Below are positions 36,408 to 45,437 of a stretch of 64,000 nucleotides of DNA, piece after piece (position 1 is the stretch's first letter; each line of letters opens with the position of its first letter). The position numbers were made by a program, and so were the translations under genes. A model generated the notes under the pieces. It had not been told where the DNA came from. It worked only from the letters and a program-made list of their open reading frames with translations, and searched no databases. The DNA comes from a virus. The stretch is taken from positions 11,659 to 75,658 of the IMG/VR virus record IMGVR_UViG_3300003323_000950; one strand, 5' to 3'.

Positions 36408-37706
36408 TTACAGTTGAGAGAATGCCTGATTGATACGAGCATCGATATCCATGTATGCCGGGAACGGAGTAGAGGCGTAGGTTACGGCCTTGCTCTGTAT
36501 AACACGGGCGCTACGGTTGATGATGCCGAAATTGATCCAGTCGCTCATGAACATTTCCTCAGTCTGGTTCTGCGGATTGCGGCGGCGCTCAGTCATGAAA
36601 CCGCGGTAAGTCAGCTTCATCATCGCACGTTGAGGGTTCAGATACAACATCTGGTTAGCAGGCGTGATGTACGCATCAATATCGAAAGCATCAGGAACAC
36701 CAACGATCGAGCGAATGGTTGCCAGTCTGGTATCGCCATTGAAGCCTTCGAAGCGGTCAATGCCGGTGATATTGATAGCGTCGTCTTCAGAAGTGATCAG
36801 GCGGGTAGCAGGTGTACCCAGGCGGCGCATGCGGGTAAATACACGTTTGATATCGGCGTATGTGAATCCATTCGCAGTCACGTTTACACCAACAACAGGA
36901 GCCGATTCAGAGAGGTCAGCTTGCTCACCGTTCACCAGGACACTGAATGCCAAAGCATCTGCGCCGATCGCCATGTCGTTACCAACTTCCTGGAGGAAGG
37001 TGTAGATCATGTCGATAGAAGATGCCATCACCATCTCGTCCGTGATCGCGAAACCGGTACCGATCTTGAAGATGTTCAGGTCCTTTTTACCGAATTTAAC
37101 CGATCCGAAAGGAATGTTTGCACCTTCATTCACGCGCGACGGCATGCCATCGCCGCGTAAAATCATCGGCATGGTCACCTTCTGCTGGGCCATGTTCTGA
37201 GTCGTGGCAATCCAGTTCTGATGCAGCGACGCGTGCTGATAACCAGTGCGCACAGCGCTCATGAAGATCTCAGGAATGATGAACCGGAAAGAGGAATCAA
37301 CGCTTTGAGTGTTCACCGGCGCTGAATCGGCATATCTCATTTTCGAGTGATCGATCAGGAATTCTTCCACAGTGGACTTGTCCAGGCGGTGCATGCCGAG
37401 AGCAGCTGATACGTCGGAGAGGGAATCTTCACCGGGTGACAGGTCAAAGCAACGCAGGAACTGGCGTGTGTCTTTGAAACCGTAGACTTTGTTTAAGGCG
37501 TCGTCAAACGATACGTCTTTAGCCCGCAGCTTATTGCCTTTTTTGTCTACGGCAAGCCCGAGACGTGTTTCTGTGATCTGCTTACAGAATTCACCGAGTG
37601 TTTCTTCGACCGTGTGCCGTACTCTGGTGTCATCTTCCTTTCCAATGCCACCTTTCGCGAGTTCCATATTGTGCGCCTTTACGGCGCCCAGTTCTAATTT
37701 TTCCAT
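36408..37706 (-). CDS. Major capsid protein (HK97 fold)
   Basis: RFIIPE, VNEGANIP, KIGTGFAITDE, VLVNG; synteny and strong codon bias. Confidence 0.9.
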   Translation of the reverse strand: MEKLELGAVKAHNMELAKGGIGKEDDTRVRHTVEETLGEFCKQITETRLGLAVDKKGNKLRAKDVSFDDALNKVYGFKDTRQFLRCFDLSPGEDSLSDVSAALGMHRLDKSTVEEFLIDHSKMRYADSAPVNTQSVDSSFRFIIPEIFMSAVRTGYQHASLHQNWIATTQNMAQQKVTMPMILRGDGMPSRVNEGANIPFGSVKFGKKDLNIFKIGTGFAITDEMVMASSIDMIYTFLQEVGNDMAIGADALAFSVLVNGEQADLSESAPVVGVNVTANGFTYADIKRVFTRMRRLGTPATRLITSEDDAINITGIDRFEGFNGDTRLATIRSIVGVPDAFDIDAYITPANQMLYLNPQRAMMKLTYRGFMTERRRNPQNQTEEMFMSDWINFGIINRSARVIQSKAVTYASTPFPAYMDIDARINQAFSQL

Positions 37707-37752
37707 GTGATGAAATTTAAAAAATTGGGTTTTGGTTTATTCCGGTTAGGTC

Positions 37753-38205
37753 TTAGTTCAGCTGGTACGGTGTTCTGAGTATTCCGATCTCGATTACAGT
37801 GTCCACTGCGCCGCCACTGATTACAACGCCGCTTACGTAATCACCGGCAGCCGTTGCTGTGTACTCGGGAAGACCCTCAGCAACAATGGCGGTGTTCCAG
37901 TTGCCGTTTGGTTTAACAGTAGCGCCGGCAGCAATTGTACCGCCCTTGGCGATTCCTTTTACGGTGCGCTGGAAAGCTGTGAACACTGAAACTCTTTCTC
38001 CAGTGCCTTTGCCTACTGTCACTACGCCAATCGGGAGTTGTGTTCCAGTGGTACGTTTTGTAACGGACAAGTTTGCGCTCATGATAACCTCCTGACCCTG
38101 GAAAAGGGTGCCAGCGAACGCATTAGTAAGCGTCAAAATTACGCCGGTAGGTTCAGCATGCTTGGAGATGGTGACGGATGCCGGCATTATTGATTCGGTA
38201 GCCAT
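37753..38205 (-). CDS. Capsid decoration/cement protein
   Basis: Gly/Ala/Val-rich 150 aa between protease and MCP; PIGVV, IAAGATV. Confidence 0.75.
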   Translation of the reverse strand: MATESIMPASVTISKHAEPTGVILTLTNAFAGTLFQGQEVIMSANLSVTKRTTGTQLPIGVVTVGKGTGERVSVFTAFQRTVKGIAKGGTIAAGATVKPNGNWNTAIVAEGLPEYTATAAGDYVSGVVISGGAVDTVIEIGILRTPYQLN

Positions 38206-38257
38206 AAAAATATTGGGTTTTGGTAAAAATGATGACTAAAAAGTATATGATACCGGT

Positions 38258-39712
38258 TTACCGGAGTGATTCTGCAAGGTGCTTGTTACCCAGCACGGTC
38301 TTTGACTTCGGTGGTGTATTCGGATCGTCAGTCTGCTTGCTGCTGCGGAAGCTGATGTCTGTTGATCCGCATTTTGCGCAGTGGCCACCGAACTCAGTAA
38401 CCGCCTTTCCGCCGAACAATTTAAGTTTCGCGTTGACTGCCTCAAGGCTTGTCGCTGCATCGATCTCAGCTTCGATCGTAGGATCAACTTTATCGCCTGC
38501 AAACACGCCGTACAAACGCTTCGCTTCTTTCTTCGAAGCTTCCAGTACTTCAGTGCCTACTTTGGCCAGCGCTGCAGAAGCTGTCTTCTCGGCTTCCAAC
38601 GTTGTCTTAGCTGCCTTAATGGTTGCTATCTCAGCTTCAAGGCTCACCACCTTAGCATCCGCTGCTTCCTTCTCGGCGGTAACCTTCTGGAAGTTTTCTG
38701 CATTCGTTTTCATTTGGGTGAAGGCTTCTTTTGAAGCGATCACTTTTTCGGCGTCTGCTTTCGAAAACTTACCGGTGCCGATGTCCGCAGCCGTTGTACC
38801 GAAAATGCTCGCCAAGAGTTCTAACAGATCCTTGTTCATTTTTAAATTGTCGTTTTGTTCTTTATCAAAATGTAATGCGGAGTTTTGTAAATGTAATAGC
38901 TTTTGATCGTCGAAGCAATCGCACACAAAGTACTTGCGGTTAGGTTCATATATACGATTCTCTGGATCATCGGAGAACTTGTTCTTCGCGTACATGCTGG
39001 CATGATCTATATTAATCAACTCACCGTTTGGCGAAAGCATCTTCGCATAAGGATCAGCGCCTGCCCAAACCAAAGAGCTTTCTTCGTAACCGATGATCTT
39101 TGTGGCTATACGGCGAACCATCTCGTCGTCGATAATTTCACCAAGGTGCCAGTAAAAGTCTCCGTTAAATTCGAACTCGTGTGATGCTTCCCAGTCGAAC
39201 AATACGGTAACCGATGCAGATGTTATAGGCGATACAGGTGAAGACATCCGGCGCACCAATTCGGGGTTTAAGATACCATCTATAACGAATGGAGCCTCAA
39301 TGCCGCCAGGTACTTCGTCACCATTTGAGTTTTTATATCCAGGAACCCATTCGGTTTCCCCCACATTGCCTATTTCTTTGCCTACCATTTGAATGTGATT
39401 CAAGTAAGCAGGTTTATCTCTCAGCAAAGAGGTAGATTTCTTCAGCACCGTACCTTCAGAGAAATCTGTTGCTTTCCAGGAACCGCCGCCTACTATTGTC
39501 GCAGATATGTGCCGGAAAGGAAACATATAGAAGTCTTCCTTCTTTGGTATAAGCGGTATATCAAAGCTCTGCGCCGATGTCTTTCGATCCTTCGGCAACT
39601 CAAGCCCCATGCTTTCGAATATTCTCTTCGCTGCCTGTTCCTGAAGCAGCTTATCTGTATCGGATTGGACGCGGAATAACGTCAATGAACCCTTACCTCC
39701 GAACTTTGCCAT
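38258..39712 (-). CDS. Prohead protease/scaffold fusion
   Basis: Start probably ATG 39712; YLNH, SASV, EESSLVWAGADP protease motifs; Ala/Glu/Lys coiled coil; CAKCGS. Confidence 0.8.
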   Translation of the reverse strand: MAKFGGKGSLTLFRVQSDTDKLLQEQAAKRIFESMGLELPKDRKTSAQSFDIPLIPKKEDFYMFPFRHISATIVGGGSWKATDFSEGTVLKKSTSLLRDKPAYLNHIQMVGKEIGNVGETEWVPGYKNSNGDEVPGGIEAPFVIDGILNPELVRRMSSPVSPITSASVTVLFDWEASHEFEFNGDFYWHLGEIIDDEMVRRIATKIIGYEESSLVWAGADPYAKMLSPNGELINIDHASMYAKNKFSDDPENRIYEPNRKYFVCDCFDDQKLLHLQNSALHFDKEQNDNLKMNKDLLELLASIFGTTAADIGTGKFSKADAEKVIASKEAFTQMKTNAENFQKVTAEKEAADAKVVSLEAEIATIKAAKTTLEAEKTASAALAKVGTEVLEASKKEAKRLYGVFAGDKVDPTIEAEIDAATSLEAVNAKLKLFGGKAVTEFGGHCAKCGSTDISFRSSKQTDDPNTPPKSKTVLGNKHLAESLR

Positions 39713-39809
39713 GATGATTATATTGGTTTGATATTGCGAAACTACCAAAAAAATATATAATCGTTAAATCAATGCTTTTCATAACATCATCATTGACGTA
39801 TATTTAAGT

Positions 39810-40304
39810 ATGAAAACAGCTATCGATATTACTGGTCAAAAGTTTGGAAGGCTTACCGTTTTGAAAAGAAACGGTGAAAGCAAGAACGGCATGTCTTTAT
39901 GGTTATGCGTTTGCGAATGTGGTAGGAAAATAACTACTCGATCGAATGGATTGAGAAGCGGAAGGGCGAAAAGTTGTGGCTGTCATAGGAAAGATCGAAT
40001 GAAGACATTAAATCTTGATCATGGTTTAAGAAACCATTATATCTATAACATTTGGAGAGGCATTAAAAAGCGTTGCTATAATAAGAAACATAAAAGCTAT
40101 AATGATTATGGAGGTCGTGGAATCACGATGGCTCCTGAATGGCTAGATGACATAGTGGCTTTTTATAATCATGTTGGTGAAAGGCCATCGTCAACTCATC
40201 AAATTGATAGGGAAAATAATAATGGAAATTATGTTCCAGGAAACGTTCGATGGGTAACACCTAAAGTCAATTCAAATAATAGAAGGAAATCTAAACGGCC
40301 TTGA
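39810..40304 (+). CDS. HNH homing endonuclease-like protein
   Basis: DITGQKFGRLTV, WLCVCECG, SCGC, YGGRGI, IDRENNNGNY.PGNVRWVT...N..NRR. Confidence 0.9.
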   Translation: MKTAIDITGQKFGRLTVLKRNGESKNGMSLWLCVCECGRKITTRSNGLRSGRAKSCGCHRKDRMKTLNLDHGLRNHYIYNIWRGIKKRCYNKKHKSYNDYGGRGITMAPEWLDDIVAFYNHVGERPSSTHQIDRENNNGNYVPGNVRWVTPKVNSNNRRKSKRP

Positions 40305-42849
40305 AGTAGGCAATACATCTTCCTCTGCAATGCGGGTGATACGACGGCAGTGCAATACCTTTCGCCTGCAGTGATTTCGGATCCATGGTCACAAACTGAT
40401 CAAGCTTAATCGTGGTGGCGAATGGCGTATATTCCGGTGTTTTCGCTATGCCTTCCCGAAACAATGTCTCGTATTGCTGCACACTGTTTTTAACGCTGAA
40501 TATTTTGCCATTCATATGCTTGCAGTATCCGCACGTGAGTCTATCCATCACCTCAACAACCTGGTACTCGGCAATATCTGCCTGATTCAGGTATAGAAGG
40601 TTTCCGATGTTTCGCGCTTTGTTGGATGTAGTCTCTATGATTCGGCGGATCTTCCACGCTTCAAGTAGTACCTCCCTGGCAAATTCGAGTATAAATTCCT
40701 GTATCAAGCTACTGCCCTTGCCAATCGGAACATCGCCCTGTTCAAATTTCTGCTTCACCCAGTTTACAATTCGCTCTTGGGTATCCGGATCAGTTATAAA
40801 TTTGCCCAAATAGGTATGGTCTACTTCTTCCAGGAAGGCAATCGCGCGGGCATCCAACAGATTGAATGCAGCATCCGGGACGGTTACGAACGATACAGGT
40901 GATCGGGAGTATTCACTCGATTCAGAAAATATCGATTTGTCCTGGCGGTAAAAGCTGTAGATATCTTCTATGTTATTTGTGACAATGTCATGAACCGGCG
41001 TCACGAAATTGTTTTCCCAGCCCTCCAGAAGGCCGTAATACATAGCTGCTTGAACTTCACCAACTAATGCGGTTTCGCCTAAAGCTTTGAATTCTCTGGT
41101 TATTGACTTCTTTGACTTGTTAACGAAGGTTTCGAACTGGGTATTAACAGCGCCCAGATATGCCTTCAGAAAATCCACCAGATGGGCATCGTGATAATTG
41201 CCTATTTCGTCGAAAGAAGCGGCCCCGGAGCAATCTTCCGGGACCGCATAATCAAAAGGGGGCGCTTCGATGTTAAGCTTTTTACGGATACGGTCCAGCT
41301 TTTTTTCAGCGGTGGTCTGCGCTTTATTATCTTCCGATCCTCCTACTGCCTTCGACGGTAATATATTGGTTATTGGTGCATCAAGCTCAGGATCGTCGAC
41401 TCCTGCGTAATTGGCTGCTGCTTTCTGGCTCATAAAGCCTGAGAAATAATACCTGGCGGCATTTTCAATGCGCTCTTTCTTGGCCTGTTCGTCTTTGAGT
41501 TCATCGGTTATCGATGCCCGCTTGTATCGGATATTGCATACCGCCGGTCTAAATCCAGCCAGGCGGAGCTCGAGCATAAACACCCGTGATTTGAATTCAG
41601 CGAGTGTGCGCTGGAAATTGGCAACCTGCTGCGTCATCTTGGTAAGCACTACGCGGCCGAACGTCTCCGTAGTCGCGTAGTTCTCGCCGTGCATATTCGG
41701 GTCCTGCTTGAGACCTGAATAGATCAGGGATTTGACCATCTTCATTAATTGCTCACCGGACGCGCCGTTCAGTTCAGATCCCTGTAGGGTGAACTCGTGA
41801 TTATCTTTGTAACCCACCGTGAACCCACGAGAAAAACCATTTTCAACATCCTGTCTTACGCTGTTCAGATAGTTCCTGAGATAATTTTCATACTCTTCAG
41901 GTGATTTTTGTTGCTGTGGAGGTGCTTTCAACAATACCGACAGAAAGCCCATCATCCCGAGCCGGCGCATCATGTTCTTGAAGTTACCGATCATATCCTT
42001 TTCCGTCAGCAGGTCTTCAAGCGCTGAAGCGAAAGGTGGAACGGCAACCGGCGATATGCCCAGCCGGCGTATACCAAGGTAGGTGTACGTCGCCGGATTG
42101 AGCTGTATATAGCCAGGATATAGCCCGGTTCCGTTATTTGAGTTTACGCCTACTATTTGCTGCAGGGGAACGTGAACAGACTTAACCTTGTCGTAGCCAA
42201 ACCGGATGTAATATGGATCAACTCGAACAATGCTCTGGATGCCTTTAAGATTCGGCATGATCACAGCCTCTGCGCTTAGTGCGCCGGAGTACGCCATTTG
42301 GGTAAGAAGATCATTGTCGAGGGAGTCTTCGCCAGAGGCAAATTCGTACCAGCTCTTTACTCGAGTCTGGAGATACTTGCGCATCTCAACGCTTTGTTTC
42401 TCGCCGGTCTCGCCGAAGTCTATGTCATAATCTGTATTGCCGAGGGCAACGATATTTTCAACGGCCATAGATACGTGGCGATCCTGGAAAGCGTACTTCT
42501 GTAGGGTTTTGAGTATGGTGTAGTCGAACTCGTTATCCACCGGGGCGTTCATGTTGCCGAAGCCATAGTTCCCTTCGTACAGAGAGACCCGTCCGCTGGC
42601 GATTGGAGCCATGACGTTATTCGTCGTGTCATCCACCTTGTTCGACATCGCTGCGTACTTCTGTTCCTCTTCCTGGAAAACCTTGCGGATTATGTCACCA
42701 TATACCCTTTCGAATTCCGCTTCATTGATCTGCTGCGGGCTTGGTTCAGAAACAACTGCGGCTGATACGGCCGCTGGCTGGGATTCTTTTTCCGGCGCAG
42801 CCTTCACAGACTTACCCCAGCCGAAAGAAAAATTGACATTGAAACCCAT
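40291..42849 (-). CDS. Portal protein fused to a Mu gpF/SPP1 gp7-like minor head domain
   Basis: Portal-like region (VPPFASAL..L, RRLGMMG); C-terminal RRIIET, DRLTCGYCKHMNGKIF, LPSYHPHCRG. Confidence 0.85.
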   Translation of the reverse strand: MGFNVNFSFGWGKSVKAAPEKESQPAAVSAAVVSEPSPQQINEAEFERVYGDIIRKVFQEEEQKYAAMSNKVDDTTNNVMAPIASGRVSLYEGNYGFGNMNAPVDNEFDYTILKTLQKYAFQDRHVSMAVENIVALGNTDYDIDFGETGEKQSVEMRKYLQTRVKSWYEFASGEDSLDNDLLTQMAYSGALSAEAVIMPNLKGIQSIVRVDPYYIRFGYDKVKSVHVPLQQIVGVNSNNGTGLYPGYIQLNPATYTYLGIRRLGISPVAVPPFASALEDLLTEKDMIGNFKNMMRRLGMMGFLSVLLKAPPQQQKSPEEYENYLRNYLNSVRQDVENGFSRGFTVGYKDNHEFTLQGSELNGASGEQLMKMVKSLIYSGLKQDPNMHGENYATTETFGRVVLTKMTQQVANFQRTLAEFKSRVFMLELRLAGFRPAVCNIRYKRASITDELKDEQAKKERIENAARYYFSGFMSQKAAANYAGVDDPELDAPITNILPSKAVGGSEDNKAQTTAEKKLDRIRKKLNIEAPPFDYAVPEDCSGAASFDEIGNYHDAHLVDFLKAYLGAVNTQFETFVNKSKKSITREFKALGETALVGEVQAAMYYGLLEGWENNFVTPVHDIVTNNIEDIYSFYRQDKSIFSESSEYSRSPVSFVTVPDAAFNLLDARAIAFLEEVDHTYLGKFITDPDTQERIVNWVKQKFEQGDVPIGKGSSLIQEFILEFAREVLLEAWKIRRIIETTSNKARNIGNLLYLNQADIAEYQVVEVMDRLTCGYCKHMNGKIFSVKNSVQQYETLFREGIAKTPEYTPFATTIKLDQFVTMDPKSLQAKGIALPSYHPHCRGRCIAYFKAV

Positions 42850-42886
42850 TTCGAATACTTTTTAGGGAGTAAATGTAACCAAAAAC

Positions 42887-43159
42887 TTAGTGGCTTGCTG
42901 ACCACTGGAACCCCAGGTAGATCGCGAGTAATATGAATGAAATTGATAGCGCCCAGAATAAAGGCACGTGTTTATCTGTAAAGGTGATCTTTTTTACAAC
43001 GGTGGCGATTACCAAAGCGAGGAAGAGAGCGCCGGCGATCGGCCACGCGGCGCTATCTGATACGTCGTTTATGTACGGGCTGGCGATGGTGCCTGAAACG
43101 ATTATGCCGGCCACAATCCGGAATATAAAGTTGTTCAATGCTGCTATTAAAGTGCTCAT
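42887..43159 (-). CDS. Small three-TM membrane protein
   Basis: Three hydrophobic helices. Confidence 0.65.
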   Translation of the reverse strand: MSTLIAALNNFIFRIVAGIIVSGTIASPYINDVSDSAAWPIAGALFLALVIATVVKKITFTDKHVPLFWALSISFILLAIYLGFQWSASH

Positions 43160-43174
43160 GGTTTTTTGAGCAAG

Positions 43175-44467
43175 TTACGGAAACATGGACAACTGCATGT
43201 CTCTGTTGCGGATAGCAAATTCAATCCGGGCGCGGGATATATTGATGTTGTGTTCGTCGAGCTCTATCCCGGTATATAGCATTTTCTCGAACATGCATGC
43301 TTTGCCGGTTGAGCCGCTGCCTGAGAATGGGTCTATGACGTGGCCTCCTTTCGGCGTAACCAGATTGATCAGGTACCGCATTAGCGCGGTTGGCTTAACG
43401 GTCGGGTGATTGTTTGGGCTTGATTTGTCAGTACCTTCAGACTGAAAGGAACCCGGGTTTTTGGTGCCGCTGCTCCAGAGCAGTGGCATAGATGCTAAAG
43501 CCTCACATCCTTCGTTTCTATCGAGGCGTGATGTCTTTGCGCAGTAAAAGAAGCGGGCTGCAGAACCTTCGTCGCCATAGCTTACATTTTCAGAACCGAA
43601 AGCTCTCACATGCTTGCCGTAGGTATTATTACCAGAATATCCGGTGGCTGTTTCGTTGGTAAAATTGGAATCGCCTGACTTAGTATATGGGAACATCTCC
43701 ATTATGCATTCTGAACCGTCGTGAATGAGGTTTGCCGGCCAGCGGCCATTCTCACCACCAGATACAGCTTCAGCGTGCTTCTCACCGTTGTTGTTGCCTG
43801 GTGTATACGATGCGTTGTTAAGTTTTGGCTGGCTGCTTACAGTCCACGGTCCTAAGCCTTTTATGGATGACTCAGCGATGTTCAGCGCTCCCACACCGAA
43901 ATGATCCATATTACTCTTAACGGTCCCATTCAAAGGCTTTCGGGCGACAAGGATAGGTTCATGAGCAGGCTTAAGCGCAGTGCCATAACCCTCGTGTTTA
44001 CCTTCCAGATTGTGAGACTTGGGGAAGCCAGAACCGAATACCCAAAATATTTGATCGCGTACTTCGAAACCTGCTTCCTCGACGCCGCATACCATCCGGT
44101 GATATGTGCGCGGGCTCGCGAATACGATCATGTGCGCACCGGGTTTCAATATGCGGTACATCTCCGAAGCCCATGTAAATGTGAAGTCCTGGAACTGGCG
44201 CATCGCTACTATATCGTTTTTGTAGGTGCCGGCTGAAAGAGACTTTCCAAAACCATTACTAACTCTGCCTTCGCGGACGGCTTCACTTTTGGCTTTATTG
44301 TCTCGAATAGCATGTTGCTTTTCGATATCGAACTTATCCCAGGCCTTGCCCATGAAGCGGATCCCGTACGGCGGATCAGTAACGCAAGAATCAAAATGAT
44401 CTGCGGGCAGCTGCTTCATTACCTCCTCGCAGTATCCGGTGTAAAGTGTGTAGGGTTTAGCGGTCAT
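43175..44467 (-). CDS. DNA N6-adenine/N4-cytosine methyltransferase (beta class), orphan
   Basis: VTDPPY before HPTVKP and IDPFSGSGSTG. Confidence 0.93.
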   Translation of the reverse strand: MTAKPYTLYTGYCEEVMKQLPADHFDSCVTDPPYGIRFMGKAWDKFDIEKQHAIRDNKAKSEAVREGRVSNGFGKSLSAGTYKNDIVAMRQFQDFTFTWASEMYRILKPGAHMIVFASPRTYHRMVCGVEEAGFEVRDQIFWVFGSGFPKSHNLEGKHEGYGTALKPAHEPILVARKPLNGTVKSNMDHFGVGALNIAESSIKGLGPWTVSSQPKLNNASYTPGNNNGEKHAEAVSGGENGRWPANLIHDGSECIMEMFPYTKSGDSNFTNETATGYSGNNTYGKHVRAFGSENVSYGDEGSAARFFYCAKTSRLDRNEGCEALASMPLLWSSGTKNPGSFQSEGTDKSSPNNHPTVKPTALMRYLINLVTPKGGHVIDPFSGSGSTGKACMFEKMLYTGIELDEHNINISRARIEFAIRNRDMQLSMFP

Positions 44468-44507
44468 TTTATTTTACTCTGGCTCCTGGATCTATTGAAG
44501 TGTCATA

Positions 44508-44792
44508 TCAATATGCCCCATGATCAAGCATATCACTTGACTTTACAGATTTTTCAAACTCGTACTCTTTTAGAATTTTAACCAGATAGATCTTTCCGGT
44601 GGTCTCTTTGTGGTACTTATTCAAAAGGTCATCATACTCTGCCGGCAAAGCCGATCGAACTTTATCTGGCTGCGTGAGCAGCGCATACGCGACTAAAGTA
44701 TCGCTTTCGCTTAGTTCCTGGTGCACTGGGCCTCTGTCGTCGAAGATCGCCATAACGCGCTCCGGAATGTTAATAACGGGAAGTTTATTCAT
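44508..44792 (-). CDS. Hypothetical protein
   Basis: 94-aa ORF in operon orientation. Confidence 0.6.
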   Translation of the reverse strand: MNKLPVINIPERVMAIFDDRGPVHQELSESDTLVAYALLTQPDKVRSALPAEYDDLLNKYHKETTGKIYLVKILKEYEFEKSVKSSDMLDHGAY

Positions 44793-44806
44793 CGTCGTAA
44801 GGGGTT

Positions 44807-44857
44807 AAAAGAAACCGGCCACCATCTGAACCTAAGTTTCTTCCTATGGCAGCCGGA
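44807..44857 (-). ncRNA. Terminator-like hairpin with a 20-nt loop
   Basis: CCGGCUGCCAU-loop-AUGGUGGCCGG-UUUCUUUU; G-U pairs support the minus strand. Confidence 0.55.
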
Positions 44858-44912
44858 AATTCATAAAAGTGTAAGTGGTCGTCATGGGGCCATTGCTTGT
44901 TAAGAACGTCGG

Positions 44913-45006
44913 TGCGAATCATGACCTTCGCATTGTGCCCAGGTGTTGGCTTTCGCTGAACCCGGGCGGATGTAGTTTAAAGTTATCAATCAATCAAACA
45001 GCATCC
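44913..45006 (-). ncRNA. Multi-hairpin small RNA B with anti-leader loop
   Basis: GGAUG..GUUUGA-UUGAUUGAUAACU-UUAAAC..CAUCC, then GCCCGGGU...ACCUGGGC and UGCGAA...UUCGCA hairpins. Confidence 0.65.
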
Positions 45007-45016
45007 ATATCTTAAA

Positions 45017-45115
45017 GGCGCACGGCAGGATTGTCTGTTTTTACTGGACTTATACAATTTGCCAGTGCCTTACCTGCAAATGTGTCCGGCGCATTTGATC
45101 GCCGCCACGTGCGCC
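45017..45115 (-). ncRNA. Degenerate tRNA-like element
   Basis: Acceptor-like GGCGCACG/CGUGCGCC, UGGCGG after the stem, T-stem GCAGG/CCUGC with a hairpin inserted in the T-loop; no canonical anticodon arm. Confidence 0.55.
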
Positions 45116-45123
45116 ATTAATTT

Positions 45124-45423
45124 TTATTCAGAAACCAGCATTTCAGCCGGGTAATAAGTCAATTCGAAAATATCAGGTTTGCATGGGTAGAACTCACCTT
45201 TAACGCCTTTGATAATATAGTCTCCTGGTAGCGCTTTGTGGTCGCCTTCAAGTGTTGGGATCGTCACGCTGAAGATAGGAGCGCCTTTACCGGCTTCGTA
45301 AGCTGTATCAGACTCCAATTCAGTTTTCAGTTCTGTGCCGACAAATCCATTTATCTCGTCGAGATTGTGACCATTGTATTGCACTGCCTCAATGGTGATA
45401 GGTTTTTTAGTATATTTTTTCAT
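45124..45423 (-). CDS. Conserved phage protein (PGDYG-like family)
   Basis: KKPITIEAVQY, IPTLEG.H.A.PGDYIIKGVKGEFYPCKPDIFELTY. Confidence 0.8.
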   Translation of the reverse strand: MKKYTKKPITIEAVQYNGHNLDEINGFVGTELKTELESDTAYEAGKGAPIFSVTIPTLEGDHKALPGDYIIKGVKGEFYPCKPDIFELTYYPAEMLVSE

Positions 45424-45437
45424 AAAGTTGATTTTCA

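Noticed and set aside
36414-37160. Long plus-strand ORFs antisense to structural genes (also 55314..56096, 56964..57554, 59105..59728)
   Set aside because: Shadow frames produced by codon bias of the minus-strand genes.
43175-44467. Restriction-modification system
   Set aside because: No adjacent endonuclease; orphan methyltransferases are common in phages.
44913-44932. Third hairpin GUCAUGAUU matching the start of 59796..60413 (60409-17)
   Set aside because: Only 9 nt, partly in the stem and near-palindromic; too weak alone.
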